In this document: in pieces, positions 10,374 through 19,679 of the stretch | How positions within the stretch are numbered: position 1 is the stretch's first letter | How the letters are laid out: the number at the start of each line of letters is the position of its first letter | NCBI GenBank assembly: GCA_903919065.1 | Contig: CAIXHD010000345.1 | Span: forward strand, 19,005 to 83,004 | Direction: 5' to 3' | Length of the DNA: 64,000 bases | From: an uncultured Bacteroidota bacterium | Lineage (GTDB): Bacteria > Bacteroidota > Bacteroidia > Bacteroidales > UBA12481 | Position numbers and translations under genes: made by a program | Notes under the pieces: model-generated | What the model saw: the letters and a program-made list of their open reading frames with translations, nothing else | Database searches by the model: none | What the model was told of the DNA's origin: nothing

Positions 10374-10390
10374 AGCTTAATTATGTATTT

Positions 10391-11671
10391 ATGCCCTCCA
10401 ACATTCCGCTAGCAGAACGCATGAGACCTCAAAGACTTGAGGACTATGTGGGTCAGGAACATTTGGTTGGAGAGAAATCCATACTTCGTAATGTTATCGA
10501 AACCGGGTCCTTGCCTTCTTTTATTCTCTGGGGGCCACCCGGGGTGGGAAAAACAACGCTTGCAAGGATTATAGCCAATCATCTCAACCGGCCATTTTAT
10601 ACTTTAAGTGCAATCAATTCAGGAGTTAAGGATATCCGCGAAGTTATTGAGAAAGCTCAGAAATCAAGGTTCTTCGATTCACCTTCCCCGGTTTTGTTTA
10701 TTGATGAGATTCACCGGTTTAGCAAATCGCAGCAGGATTCACTACTGGCGGCAGTAGAGCAAGGGGTTGTCACCCTGATAGGCGCGACAACCGAAAACCC
10801 CTCTTTTGAGGTGATATCCCCCCTTTTGAGCAGATGCCAGGTTTATGTCCTTAAGCCTTTAGAAAAGGCCCATCTTGAGAATCTTTTGAAAAGATCACTG
10901 GCAGAAGACTTCGACCTTCGCAGTCGAAAAATTGAATTAGTTGAAACAGAAGCGCTGCTCAGGTTTTCAGGTGGGGATGCTCGGAAATTGTTCAATGTTT
11001 TGGAATTGGTTGTTCAGTCGAGTCCAAGTGATCCGATCATTTTAACGAATGAAAGTGTAACCCGAAGAATCCAGGAAAACATCACCATGTATGATAAAAA
11101 TGGTGAGCTTCATTATGATATTATCTCGGCATATATAAAGTCGCTGAGGGGATCGGATCCGAATGCAGCGGTTTATTGGCTTGGCAGGATGATAGAAGGT
11201 GGAGAAAAACCTGAATTTATTGCCCGCAGGCTTTTGATCTTTTCTTCAGAAGATATTGGGTTGGCAAATCCGAATGCCTTGTTACTCGCAAACGCCTGCT
11301 TCGATGCTGTACATAAGATTGGCTGGCCGGAGAGCAGAATAATTCTTTCGGAGGCAACTGTTTATCTGGCAACTTGTCCAAAAAGCAATTCAACATATAA
11401 GGCCATCAGTGCAGCCCAGGAATTAATCGCTCAAACAGGCGACTTACCAGTACCTTTGCATTTGAGAAATGCTCCGACTAAACTGATGAAAGAGCTGGGA
11501 TATGGCAAGGATTATCAATATCCTCATGATCAGACCGGCCGATTCATTGAGGAAGACTATCTACCCGAAAAAATCAGAGGAACACAGATTTGGTCACCCG
11601 CAGAAAACCCGAAAGAAAAAGAAATCCGAGATAAGATGAGAAAACTCTGGGGTGATCGTTATGATTATTAA
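10391..11671 (+). CDS. rarA: Replication-associated recombination protein A (AAA+ ATPase)
   Basis: Walker A GPPGVGKTT, Walker B LFIDEIHRF, conserved MgsA/RarA C-terminal domain (AVYWLGRMIEGGE, HLRNAPT). Confidence 0.9.
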   Translation: MPSNIPLAERMRPQRLEDYVGQEHLVGEKSILRNVIETGSLPSFILWGPPGVGKTTLARIIANHLNRPFYTLSAINSGVKDIREVIEKAQKSRFFDSPSPVLFIDEIHRFSKSQQDSLLAAVEQGVVTLIGATTENPSFEVISPLLSRCQVYVLKPLEKAHLENLLKRSLAEDFDLRSRKIELVETEALLRFSGGDARKLFNVLELVVQSSPSDPIILTNESVTRRIQENITMYDKNGELHYDIISAYIKSLRGSDPNAAVYWLGRMIEGGEKPEFIARRLLIFSSEDIGLANPNALLLANACFDAVHKIGWPESRIILSEATVYLATCPKSNSTYKAISAAQELIAQTGDLPVPLHLRNAPTKLMKELGYGKDYQYPHDQTGRFIEEDYLPEKIRGTQIWSPAENPKEKEIRDKMRKLWGDRYDY

Positions 11672-11696
11672 TCCGTACAATTAACATAAGGAAATT

Positions 11697-12536
11697 ATGG
11701 ATATCCTATTCAAACCAAATATTTCAGCATCAGAAACAAACAATAGCTTTTTACTGATTGCCGGACCTTGTGTAGTGGAAAGCAGGGAAATTGTTTTCGA
11801 AACTGCATTGGCCTTGAAAACCATTACTGACAAATTAAAGATTCCGTTTATCTTCAAATCCAGTTATAGAAAAGCCAACCGTACCAGGAATGATTCCTTT
11901 ACCGGTATCGGAGATCTGGAGGCATTGGAAATACTCGCAGATGTCAGGACAAAACTTGGAATTCCTGTAATAACAGATGTCCATGAATCCGCTGAAGTGG
12001 AATTGGCTGCAAAATATGTTGATATTCTTCAGATCCCTGCTTTTTTGTGCAGGCAAACAGATTTATTGCTGGCGGCAGCTAAAACCGGAAAACCAGTTAA
12101 CATTAAGAAAGGCCAGTTTCTTTCACCGGGGTCAATGCGATTTGCCATTGATAAAATTCTGGAGGCTGGCAATGATAATGTTTTCATTACCGAAAGAGGT
12201 TCAAGTTTCGGTTATGGCGATCTGATCATAGACTTCCGCTCCATACCCGTGATGAAACAATGGGGTTTTCCGGTTATTCTGGACATCACACATAGTCTGC
12301 AACAACCGAATCAACCCGGTGGTGTTACCGGCGGCCAACCTGAGATGATTGAAACGATAGCCCGTGCAGGCATTGCCGCAGGCATTGACGGAATCTTTAT
12401 GGAAACTCATCCTAATCCGGCTGTCGCACTTTCGGATGGGGCTAACATGCTTCCACTTGCCAAGGCAGAGAAACTTTTGGAAAATCTGTTGACTATATAT
12501 CGATTAATAAAAGTATTGGATTCAACAAAGCAATAG
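11697..12536 (+). CDS. kdsA: 3-deoxy-8-phosphooctulonate (KDO-8-P) synthase
   Basis: 279 aa. KdsA-like stretches GPCVVES, FKSSYRKANR, KKGQFLSP, DITHSLQ. Confidence 0.9.
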   Translation: MDILFKPNISASETNNSFLLIAGPCVVESREIVFETALALKTITDKLKIPFIFKSSYRKANRTRNDSFTGIGDLEALEILADVRTKLGIPVITDVHESAEVELAAKYVDILQIPAFLCRQTDLLLAAAKTGKPVNIKKGQFLSPGSMRFAIDKILEAGNDNVFITERGSSFGYGDLIIDFRSIPVMKQWGFPVILDITHSLQQPNQPGGVTGGQPEMIETIARAGIAAGIDGIFMETHPNPAVALSDGANMLPLAKAEKLLENLLTIYRLIKVLDSTKQ

Positions 12537-12537
12537 C

Positions 12538-13251
12538 ATGACGAATGTAACCAGGACCCTGACTGTCCTATTATTAGCACTTACCATCCAAACTGTTAGC
12601 GGGCAAACTGCAAATGAGATACTTGCAAAGCATGAAGCTGCCACAGGATTCAATTTTCGTCTTAAAATAAAAACGCTGACCTCTATCGGGCAGATAACTC
12701 AGATGGGAAATACGTTGCCCATCAGTATAATTCAGAAGCGACCGAATAAATATCGATTTGATGTCCATCTCGATGAAGGCCGTATTACCCAGGCATTTGA
12801 CGGAACCGAAGGCTGGTCATTTAACCCCTTTTCCAGTCAGGATACCATACCGTTAGAGGGCCCTGAACTTGCTCAGATTAAGGAATCAGCAGATTTTGAT
12901 GGGATCCTGCACAATTATCGGCAGAAGGGTTTTACCATGCAGCTTGTTGGTCAGGTCAAAATTGGTCAGCAGGATGTATGGAAAATTCAAATAAGGAAGC
13001 CAACAGGAGAAGTAATGAACTTCTTTATTGATACGCGATCCTATCTTGTTGTCAAATCAGATGTTGGCTTACTGATCGATCGGATGCCATATGTCGCTGA
13101 ATCTGTTTTTGGAGATTTCAGGAAAGTGGGAGGTATGGTCTTACCCTATTTTATTCAAACCCGCAACGGTGCGATGCTGACTGAAACCAGAATTGACACT
13201 GTGCGGATCAACGAGACCATGGAGGATTACTACTTCCAGAGGAATCGTTAA
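12538..13251 (+). CDS. LolA-like / outer-membrane lipoprotein-sorting-like periplasmic protein
   Basis: Signal peptide. About 210-aa beta-rich body resembling LolA-like sorting proteins. Starts 1 nt after the kdsA stop. Confidence 0.45.
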   Translation: MTNVTRTLTVLLLALTIQTVSGQTANEILAKHEAATGFNFRLKIKTLTSIGQITQMGNTLPISIIQKRPNKYRFDVHLDEGRITQAFDGTEGWSFNPFSSQDTIPLEGPELAQIKESADFDGILHNYRQKGFTMQLVGQVKIGQQDVWKIQIRKPTGEVMNFFIDTRSYLVVKSDVGLLIDRMPYVAESVFGDFRKVGGMVLPYFIQTRNGAMLTETRIDTVRINETMEDYYFQRNR

Positions 13252-13265
13252 TAATAGGGCGTTTA

Positions 13266-14579
13266 TTAGTTTAATATTTCATTTCTTTTAAGGATACTTC
13301 GGATCGGATTCACAATCCTTACCAGCAAACTTAATTCGTCCGTGATAATTTCGGCTTGACCGGTCATTCCTTGATTAAACTTAAGATCCTTATTATAAGA
13401 TGTTTTCAATCCATCAGGGAGAGAGATTTCCACACTATAATACTCCTGATCTGAAACCAGCGACATACTTCCCACTTTACCCTTAATTGAACCGTATTCC
13501 ATATACGGAAACCGATCAATTCTGATTATAACCTTCTGACCTGTCTTCACCTTGCCGGCCCCTTTCAACGGAAGAAGCATCTTGCCCAAAATTGGCCCCG
13601 GTTCTCCGGAAATAAGAGTTAGTACACGCTCGCCCTGGATCACTGATTGATTTTTGCTCCAAATCCTGGTAAAGGTGACTATACCATCCATCGGCGAAAT
13701 AAAGGTGTAATTAAGCTTCCAGGCGGATAACACACCTGCCAGCTGATTATAAGCTTGCTGCAATAGATTGATTTTTTGGTCTCTACCCTCCAGGTAATCC
13801 TTTTCGACAACAATAATCTGATGGTCAAGCTGATCAATTTGAATTTTTGTTTGAGACAGCAAAGTGCCTGCTGATTCAAGAGAATATTTGGCATCGAGGT
13901 AAACCGCAACACCTGATTCAAATTCCTTCAATGAGATTGTATTGGAATCTCTCAATAAGATCAAGCGTTGATATTGTCGTTCCTCAAGATCCATTTCTTC
14001 AGATTTTATCAAATGCAATTTGTTTTGACGATCCCAAAGCGATGAATAATCCTTTTGCTGCCGGATTAATGAATTAATCTTATCCTGGTTAGACCTATGC
14101 AGGTTAAAATCCTCAAGATCCTTAAGTGCTTTACTGAATAGTGCCAGGGATGCCTGCCATTCGCCAAAATCATAATCTTCGGAATGGAAATTAAAGGGTT
14201 CCATTGAATTTGGCTGATTTGCATAGTTACGGTATCTGGCCATAATACTGTCGAATCGTAATATGTCTATGAATTTTGCGGAGCTCTCCAAGACAGCGAG
14301 CAGCTGACCTTTTTTGACCATGCTACTGTCAGCGATTGCCAGCAGCTCTATCCTTCCGGTTTGCCTTGCATTTAATAAAACAGGTGGATTAATAGAGGTC
14401 AGGATTAGGTTACAAGCGATACGATCAGGATATTTAAACCAGATTGAAGCCCATATAAGCCCTAATAGAACAATGAAAAGAACAATCGAACCCCATCGGA
14501 TAATCCATGGCGGGATAACCCCAATGATCTCCTGTATCTCCTCCTGACGAAGCTCGATATCTGGATCTTTTGATTTCAT
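13266..14579 (-). CDS. HlyD-family membrane fusion/adaptor protein of a peptide exporter
   Basis: N-terminal TM helix, long coiled-coil middle, C-terminal beta-barrel-like region. Overlaps the upstream ABC gene by 4 nt. Confidence 0.8.
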   Translation of the reverse strand: MKSKDPDIELRQEEIQEIIGVIPPWIIRWGSIVLFIVLLGLIWASIWFKYPDRIACNLILTSINPPVLLNARQTGRIELLAIADSSMVKKGQLLAVLESSAKFIDILRFDSIMARYRNYANQPNSMEPFNFHSEDYDFGEWQASLALFSKALKDLEDFNLHRSNQDKINSLIRQQKDYSSLWDRQNKLHLIKSEEMDLEERQYQRLILLRDSNTISLKEFESGVAVYLDAKYSLESAGTLLSQTKIQIDQLDHQIIVVEKDYLEGRDQKINLLQQAYNQLAGVLSAWKLNYTFISPMDGIVTFTRIWSKNQSVIQGERVLTLISGEPGPILGKMLLPLKGAGKVKTGQKVIIRIDRFPYMEYGSIKGKVGSMSLVSDQEYYSVEISLPDGLKTSYNKDLKFNQGMTGQAEIITDELSLLVRIVNPIRSILKRNEILN

Positions 14580-16765
14580 ATTCCAAGCTCCAGTTGATTT
14601 TTAACCAGGTGATAATAGTAGTTACCGAGCTGTACCAATTGATCGTGAGTCCCCTGTTCAACTACCTTTCCCTTATCCAGAACGACTATCTGATCAGCGG
14701 TTTTAACTGTACTCAGGCGGTGAGCGACAACAATTACTGTTCTACCGACGAAAAATTTATTAAGATTTTCATTGATTTCTCTTTCATTGTTGGCGTCCAA
14801 TGAATTGGTAGCTTCATCAAAGAACAATATGCGAGGATTTTTATAAATCGCCCGGGCAATTAATATCCTCTGCTTTTGTCCCTGGCTTAATCCATGACCC
14901 TCGGGGCCAATTCTCGTATTAAACCCCAGTGGAAAGCTCCTTATAAACTCAGTTACATTCGCCATCCGGGCAGCTTCAGCCAATTGCCGTGAATCAATGT
15001 TATCCTCACCCAAAGCAATATTTCCAGCAATTGTATCTGAGAAAAGATATCCATCCTGCATAACCACACCGCATTGGCTTCTGAATAGGCGATTATCTAT
15101 CATATCAAGGCCTATCTCGCCTAACCGGATCTCTCCATTTACAGGGGGATAGAGTCCCAACAAAAGCTTTATAAGAGTTGTTTTGCCACTTCCACTGGCA
15201 CCAACGATTGCAGTGGTTTTTTCTTGCGGAATTTTCAGGTTGATATCGTTAATAACTTTGGGTGTATTTGGGCCCTCATAACTAAAAACAAGATTTTCAA
15301 CAGAGTAGGTCAAATTTTCCGGCATTGGACATAGTTGTGTTGAGTTACGATCATCAGCCAAAGGGTAATCATGAACTTCAGAAAGTCGCTCGAGGCTAAT
15401 TTTCGCATCCTGGGTGGCATGAAAGAAACCAACCAACTGATCAACAGGCCCATTCATTTGTCCAATTATAAATTGTACAGCGAACATAACGCCGAGGGTC
15501 ATTTGTCCCTCAATAACAGCTTTAGCGGCGAGAAAGGCTATGATAACATTTTTAGTTTCGTTAATTACCACTGAACCAACTTGTTGATATTGAATGAGCG
15601 CTAAACTCCTGACACGGATTCTGAATATCTTTGCTTGAATTGACTCCCAATCCCAGCGCTTTTGTTTTTCACAGTTATTCAGCTTAATATCCTGCATTCC
15701 AGAAACAAGCTGAATGATGCTGTTTTGGTTTTGAGAAAGTTGAATAAACCTTCGTTGATCCAATTCCCTGCGCTTCTTGAGGAAAAGGATAATCCAGCCA
15801 ATGTATAATAGGCTTCCGAAAAGAAATATCCCAAGAATTTCAAGGTTGTAAATTGCGAGGACTATACTAAAAATAAGCAGGTTAAATATCGAGAATACAA
15901 TTCCAAGGGTTGATTGTGTAAGAAAAGTCTCTATTCGTGAATGGTCGCCAATTCTTTGAAGTATATCGCCTGTCAATTTGCTATCAAAGTAACGGGCAGG
16001 TAACCTCATCAATTTAATAAGGTAATCTGAGATAAGGGAAATATTAATCCTTGTGCTGATATGCAGGAGAATCCAGGAGCGAATGAACTCAATGCTGGTT
16101 CTTCCTCCAATGAGAAATAGCTGAGCGATAAAGACAAGGTAGATAAAACCCAAATCCTGATTATTGATCCCGATATCAATGACTGCCTGAGTTAAAAAGG
16201 GTGGTATGATCAATAAAACTGATCCGGCCAGCATACCAATAATGAGTTGAAAATAGAACCGGCTGTGTGGACGAAAATATTTGAAGAGGAAACCAAATGA
16301 ATTCCGTTTGGGCTGGTCACCGTCGATCTTAAAAAATTCCGGCGTTGGTTCCAGTATAAGACAGAGACCAACTTTACCTCCTTCATAACTTGAAGAAATC
16401 CAATTTTCAAGAAATTCCGCGATAGAATACTTTACAAATCCTACTGCCGGATCAGCCACCAAAACATGATTTTTCCGAATCTTGACAACTATGACAAAAT
16501 GGTTTTGGCTCCAATGGACAATACTAGGAAGCTGAGCTTCGCTTAAAAGTTGTTCCCATGTTAATTTCAGCCCGAGGGTTTTAAGACCAATCGATTCAGC
16601 AGCATCGCTAATTCCCAGGAAGTTTACTCCTTCACGGGTAATGTAACATCTATCCCGCAAATATTGAATAGAGTATTTTTTGCCATGAAAGCCAGCAATC
16701 ATTTTCAGGCATGCCGGACCACAATCTTTCGCATCGAGTTGTCTGGTAAACGGTAAAACTGGCAT
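14576..16765 (-). CDS. Peptidase C39 domain-containing ABC transporter (bacteriocin-type maturation/export protein)
   Basis: C39 motifs DCGPACLKM, HFVIVV, VADP. Six-TM ABC membrane domain. Walker A GASGSGKTT, signature LSQGQKQR, Walker B ILFFDEATNSLD. Confidence 0.9.
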   Translation of the reverse strand: MPVLPFTRQLDAKDCGPACLKMIAGFHGKKYSIQYLRDRCYITREGVNFLGISDAAESIGLKTLGLKLTWEQLLSEAQLPSIVHWSQNHFVIVVKIRKNHVLVADPAVGFVKYSIAEFLENWISSSYEGGKVGLCLILEPTPEFFKIDGDQPKRNSFGFLFKYFRPHSRFYFQLIIGMLAGSVLLIIPPFLTQAVIDIGINNQDLGFIYLVFIAQLFLIGGRTSIEFIRSWILLHISTRINISLISDYLIKLMRLPARYFDSKLTGDILQRIGDHSRIETFLTQSTLGIVFSIFNLLIFSIVLAIYNLEILGIFLFGSLLYIGWIILFLKKRRELDQRRFIQLSQNQNSIIQLVSGMQDIKLNNCEKQKRWDWESIQAKIFRIRVRSLALIQYQQVGSVVINETKNVIIAFLAAKAVIEGQMTLGVMFAVQFIIGQMNGPVDQLVGFFHATQDAKISLERLSEVHDYPLADDRNSTQLCPMPENLTYSVENLVFSYEGPNTPKVINDINLKIPQEKTTAIVGASGSGKTTLIKLLLGLYPPVNGEIRLGEIGLDMIDNRLFRSQCGVVMQDGYLFSDTIAGNIALGEDNIDSRQLAEAARMANVTEFIRSFPLGFNTRIGPEGHGLSQGQKQRILIARAIYKNPRILFFDEATNSLDANNEREINENLNKFFVGRTVIVVAHRLSTVKTADQIVVLDKGKVVEQGTHDQLVQLGNYYYHLVKNQLELGI

Positions 16766-16790
16766 TAGTCCGGATTATGTCCATGTAATG

Positions 16791-16823
16791 TAAAGAAAAA
16801 ATCCCCCCGGGTTGGAGGGATTT
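16791..16823 (-). terminator. Rho-independent terminator after the anti-sigma-like gene
   Basis: Minus strand reads AAATCCCTCC-AACCC-GGGGGGATTT, a 10-bp stem with one G.U pair, followed by TTTTCTTT. Confidence 0.7.
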
Positions 16824-16868
16824 CACAAGTATTTTACCAGTAGTTGAAAATGCGAAGTGAGATATAAT

Positions 16869-17942
16869 TCAGTCTTGCAAATTCTTCAGAACTTCAATTG
16901 CATCCTTATAATGATCATGCTTCGGCGATTCTGCTATTTTATTCAGGATGGACTTAGCTTGCACAAAATTTTTCTTTTTCAAGAAGCAGCCAGCAGTAAA
17001 CCAATCAATTTCGAATGAATATGGAGAATTTGCATCCATCTTCTCAAAATAACGAAGACCTTTATCCGGATCACCAACAAAGAGTGCACTACTTGCGGCA
17101 TATAACAAAACGGTCTGGGTGGCATTATTATCGCTTATACAAGCTTCAAAAACTTCCAATGCGGCATCAAATTCGCCCTTATTATATTTTTGTATTCCAA
17201 GTTCAACAACACCCTTACCATCTTCACTTGGACCGCGTCGATTACTTAATCCGTCATAAGACAGAAAATGTCTGGAAAATGTCCGTTCTACAGATAAAGA
17301 ACCGGAAGCCTCTTGATTCAGGAATATAGTACCAGCGACAAGAAGGATAAATACAGCAGCAACCGCAGTTGAAGCATAAGTCAACATCCTTCTGCGAACA
17401 TTAACATTCCTTTTACCTGCCAATGTTCGTTCACCTATTTTTTCAAGTTTTGTCCGCAGCGACATAACCTCTTCCTGCATTATTGCCTTGTCGATATCCT
17501 GAACTAAAACAGACAATTTACTATCCGCGTTTAAGATTTCATTATGAGCAGCTTCCTCTATTTCAATTAAATCATTACTTACAATTAATGGCTGAACAGT
17601 TTCACTCACAGAAATATGTATTCTATTCAATTGATCCCGCAATGCCATAATGTCCTGTTCTAATATGGCCTTATCCATTTCAGGTGTCATCTCTTCAGCA
17701 ATAACCATTGGGGGAGCTTGAACCAAATCAATATTCCGGTTCCCGATTCTTTCAAGCTGTAATCTGAAATTGAAGATGTCATCCTCAATCAAAGCGCTAT
17801 CCACCTCCTTATGCAAACGGAAATTATCGGCGAAGACCTTATCATTCTTGAGTTGGAGTTCAAACTCCTGGATTTCAAGGATGTTCAGGTCATTCTCCAG
17901 ATACCGATCGAATAATTCTGATAGATTTAAATCAGTATTCAT
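16869..17942 (-). CDS. Anti-sigma-like single-pass membrane protein with C-terminal TPR-like domain
   Basis: Overlaps the sigma gene by 11 nt. One TM helix (about aa 187-208). Three about-20-aa internal repeats in the cytoplasmic part. TPR-like C-terminus. Confidence 0.5.
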   Translation of the reverse strand: MNTDLNLSELFDRYLENDLNILEIQEFELQLKNDKVFADNFRLHKEVDSALIEDDIFNFRLQLERIGNRNIDLVQAPPMVIAEEMTPEMDKAILEQDIMALRDQLNRIHISVSETVQPLIVSNDLIEIEEAAHNEILNADSKLSVLVQDIDKAIMQEEVMSLRTKLEKIGERTLAGKRNVNVRRRMLTYASTAVAAVFILLVAGTIFLNQEASGSLSVERTFSRHFLSYDGLSNRRGPSEDGKGVVELGIQKYNKGEFDAALEVFEACISDNNATQTVLLYAASSALFVGDPDKGLRYFEKMDANSPYSFEIDWFTAGCFLKKKNFVQAKSILNKIAESPKHDHYKDAIEVLKNLQD

Positions 17943-18543
17943 TTCTTAATCTTTTATATTCCGGGTCATTCTGAATTCTTTTAACTAAAGCTTCTTTGCA
18001 AGAATACTTCCTCTTCTTTAGATACTTATCACTCTTAATATTCATTTTAAGAGCAATTTCTTTCAGCGGAACCTTTTTTAAAAACAACTGTAAGATTTCC
18101 TGACAGTCTTTGTGTAATAGTTGAAAGTGCTTCTGATAAATCCTGTACTGTTCCTGTTGTGCTGCCAATCCTTCAAAATCTTCATCCAAATGAACGAATA
18201 CCTGATTATCGGTCACCACCTCGTTCCGTACTTTCTTTTTCTCCAGCTGACGCAACCATTGAATCCTGCAAACTGAGTATAGATATGTCTTAAAACTGCA
18301 GGTAAGATCCAGCGATTCGTCTTTTAGCCTTTTGTAGATGAGGATGACGGATTCCTGAAAAACATCCTTGGCATCTTCATCCGTTCCACTGTTTTTAATG
18401 ACAAAGAACCTAACTATAGGGAAATACTTTTTATAAACAAACTCCAGCACATTATTATCACTTGTCCTAAGCCCTTCGATAATGGCTTCGACAGTATAAT
18501 GCACTAACTGTTGATCCTGTTCTTGGTAAAAAGGTAACCCCAA
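17932..18543 (-). CDS. Sigma-70 family (ECF-like) RNA polymerase sigma factor
   Basis: Region-2-like DAKDVFQESVILIYKRL and region-4 HTH LKEIALKMNIKSDKYLKKRKYSCKEAL. Confidence 0.75.
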   Translation of the reverse strand: MGLPFYQEQDQQLVHYTVEAIIEGLRTSDNNVLEFVYKKYFPIVRFFVIKNSGTDEDAKDVFQESVILIYKRLKDESLDLTCSFKTYLYSVCRIQWLRQLEKKKVRNEVVTDNQVFVHLDEDFEGLAAQQEQYRIYQKHFQLLHKDCQEILQLFLKKVPLKEIALKMNIKSDKYLKKRKYSCKEALVKRIQNDPEYKRLRNEY

Positions 18544-18667
18544 TTTTTAGATTATTTTTAAACGTTCTATAATCAATAACTTTCCACTAATCAATGACTG
18601 AATGTAAAGATATGCAATTTGGATATTATTTACACTATTTTCGTCAAAAAGTATTGTTAAAGTAAAA

Positions 18668-19021
18668 ACAGCAGACCTGTAAGCCGGGTTCTGTGATTTC
18701 AAAGAAACCCTCTATCATTTATCTAGGCAGCCGGTTGCCCGGTTGCTCGAACGACCTACCCCCCGGCAGCGAGCGAGCAGCTCTTAAAAGCCGGTATACA
18801 TGGTCTTTCAACCCATGAGGCGTACAACTCCTGATGTCACCACCAGGATTGGTGGGCTCTTACTCCGCCTTTTCACCCTTATCCTGCATTGAACAGGACG
18901 GTTATTTTCTGTTACGCTACTATACCTCACGATACCTTCCCGTTAGGAAGCATGGCGCTCTGCGTTGCCCGGACTTTCCTCTCTTCCGGTTGCCCGGAAC
19001 AGCGATAGAACGGTCTGCTGT
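18668..19021 (-). ncRNA. rnpB: RNase P RNA, bacterial type A
   Basis: Minus strand contains the universal GAGGAAAGTCCGGGC (rc of 18967-18983) and ACAGAACCCGGCTTA (rc of 18679-18693). The P1 helix pairs ACAGCAGACC with GGTCTGCTGT at the two ends. About 354 nt. Confidence 0.9.
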
Positions 19022-19038
19022 AAGCACAAAGATAGTGA

Positions 19039-19623
19039 TTAATAGGGTTTATTCTGGGGTATCCTGATTCTGGTGGCGCCAAACCCGTATTCCTTAAAGG
19101 AGGCATCCTCCTGAGAGCACCATTTAAATTCCTGATCAGCTACCCTCCGTAATTCACCCTTAAGTGTTCCATTACCGATGCCATGGATGAAAATTATTTC
19201 CTTTTCATTTCCCTTGATTGCCTGGTTTAATTCCCGTCGGAAAACCCCCAGCTGAAGAGTAAGAATTTCCGTATTAGTCAATCCAATAACGCTATCTATC
19301 AATTTATTGATATGCAAATCGATCTCACGAGGAGGAATTTTCGTATTGGAAGGTTTGGAAACAGGTATCTTGTTCAGAGATGCGCTTAATATCTCTTTGT
19401 CGACCTTGGCTGCCTTTATATCCTTGGGTCCACTACGGTTAACCTGCCCAGCAGTTTGTGTTGTTTTTTCCGGGATCACAACCAATGTTCTGATATAAGT
19501 GGGTAGCAACCAGCCGTCAGAAGTTTCCACCTCTGCCATCTCATTTGAAATTATCCGGACCACCCTGCCCTCTCCGACTTCATCGATAAACCTCACCAGG
19601 TCTCCGGTTTTAACTGTCGTCAT
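19039..19623 (-). CDS. Smr domain-containing protein (DUF2027/Smr type)
   Basis: C-terminal Smr-like block EIDLHI...IIFIHGIGNGTLKGELR. Confidence 0.7.
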   Translation of the reverse strand: MTTVKTGDLVRFIDEVGEGRVVRIISNEMAEVETSDGWLLPTYIRTLVVIPEKTTQTAGQVNRSGPKDIKAAKVDKEILSASLNKIPVSKPSNTKIPPREIDLHINKLIDSVIGLTNTEILTLQLGVFRRELNQAIKGNEKEIIFIHGIGNGTLKGELRRVADQEFKWCSQEDASFKEYGFGATRIRIPQNKPY

Positions 19624-19653
19624 TATCTGTCAATGTTTTGTCGCAAAGTTACC

Positions 19654-19661
19654 TAATTTTG
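19654..19661 (+). promoter_or_regulatory. Bacteroidetes-type -7 box (TAATTTTG) upstream of queA
   Basis: TAnnTTTG match 19 nt before the ATG at 19680. It lies downstream of the TTG at 19638, which argues for the shorter queA model. Confidence 0.3.
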
Positions 19662-19679
19662 GCACCGCTATTTATACAG

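Noticed and set aside
18834-19067. 77-aa plus-strand ORF from the track
   Set aside because: It lies almost entirely antisense to the RNase P RNA gene (18668-19021). The open frame is a by-product of GC-rich structured RNA sequence.
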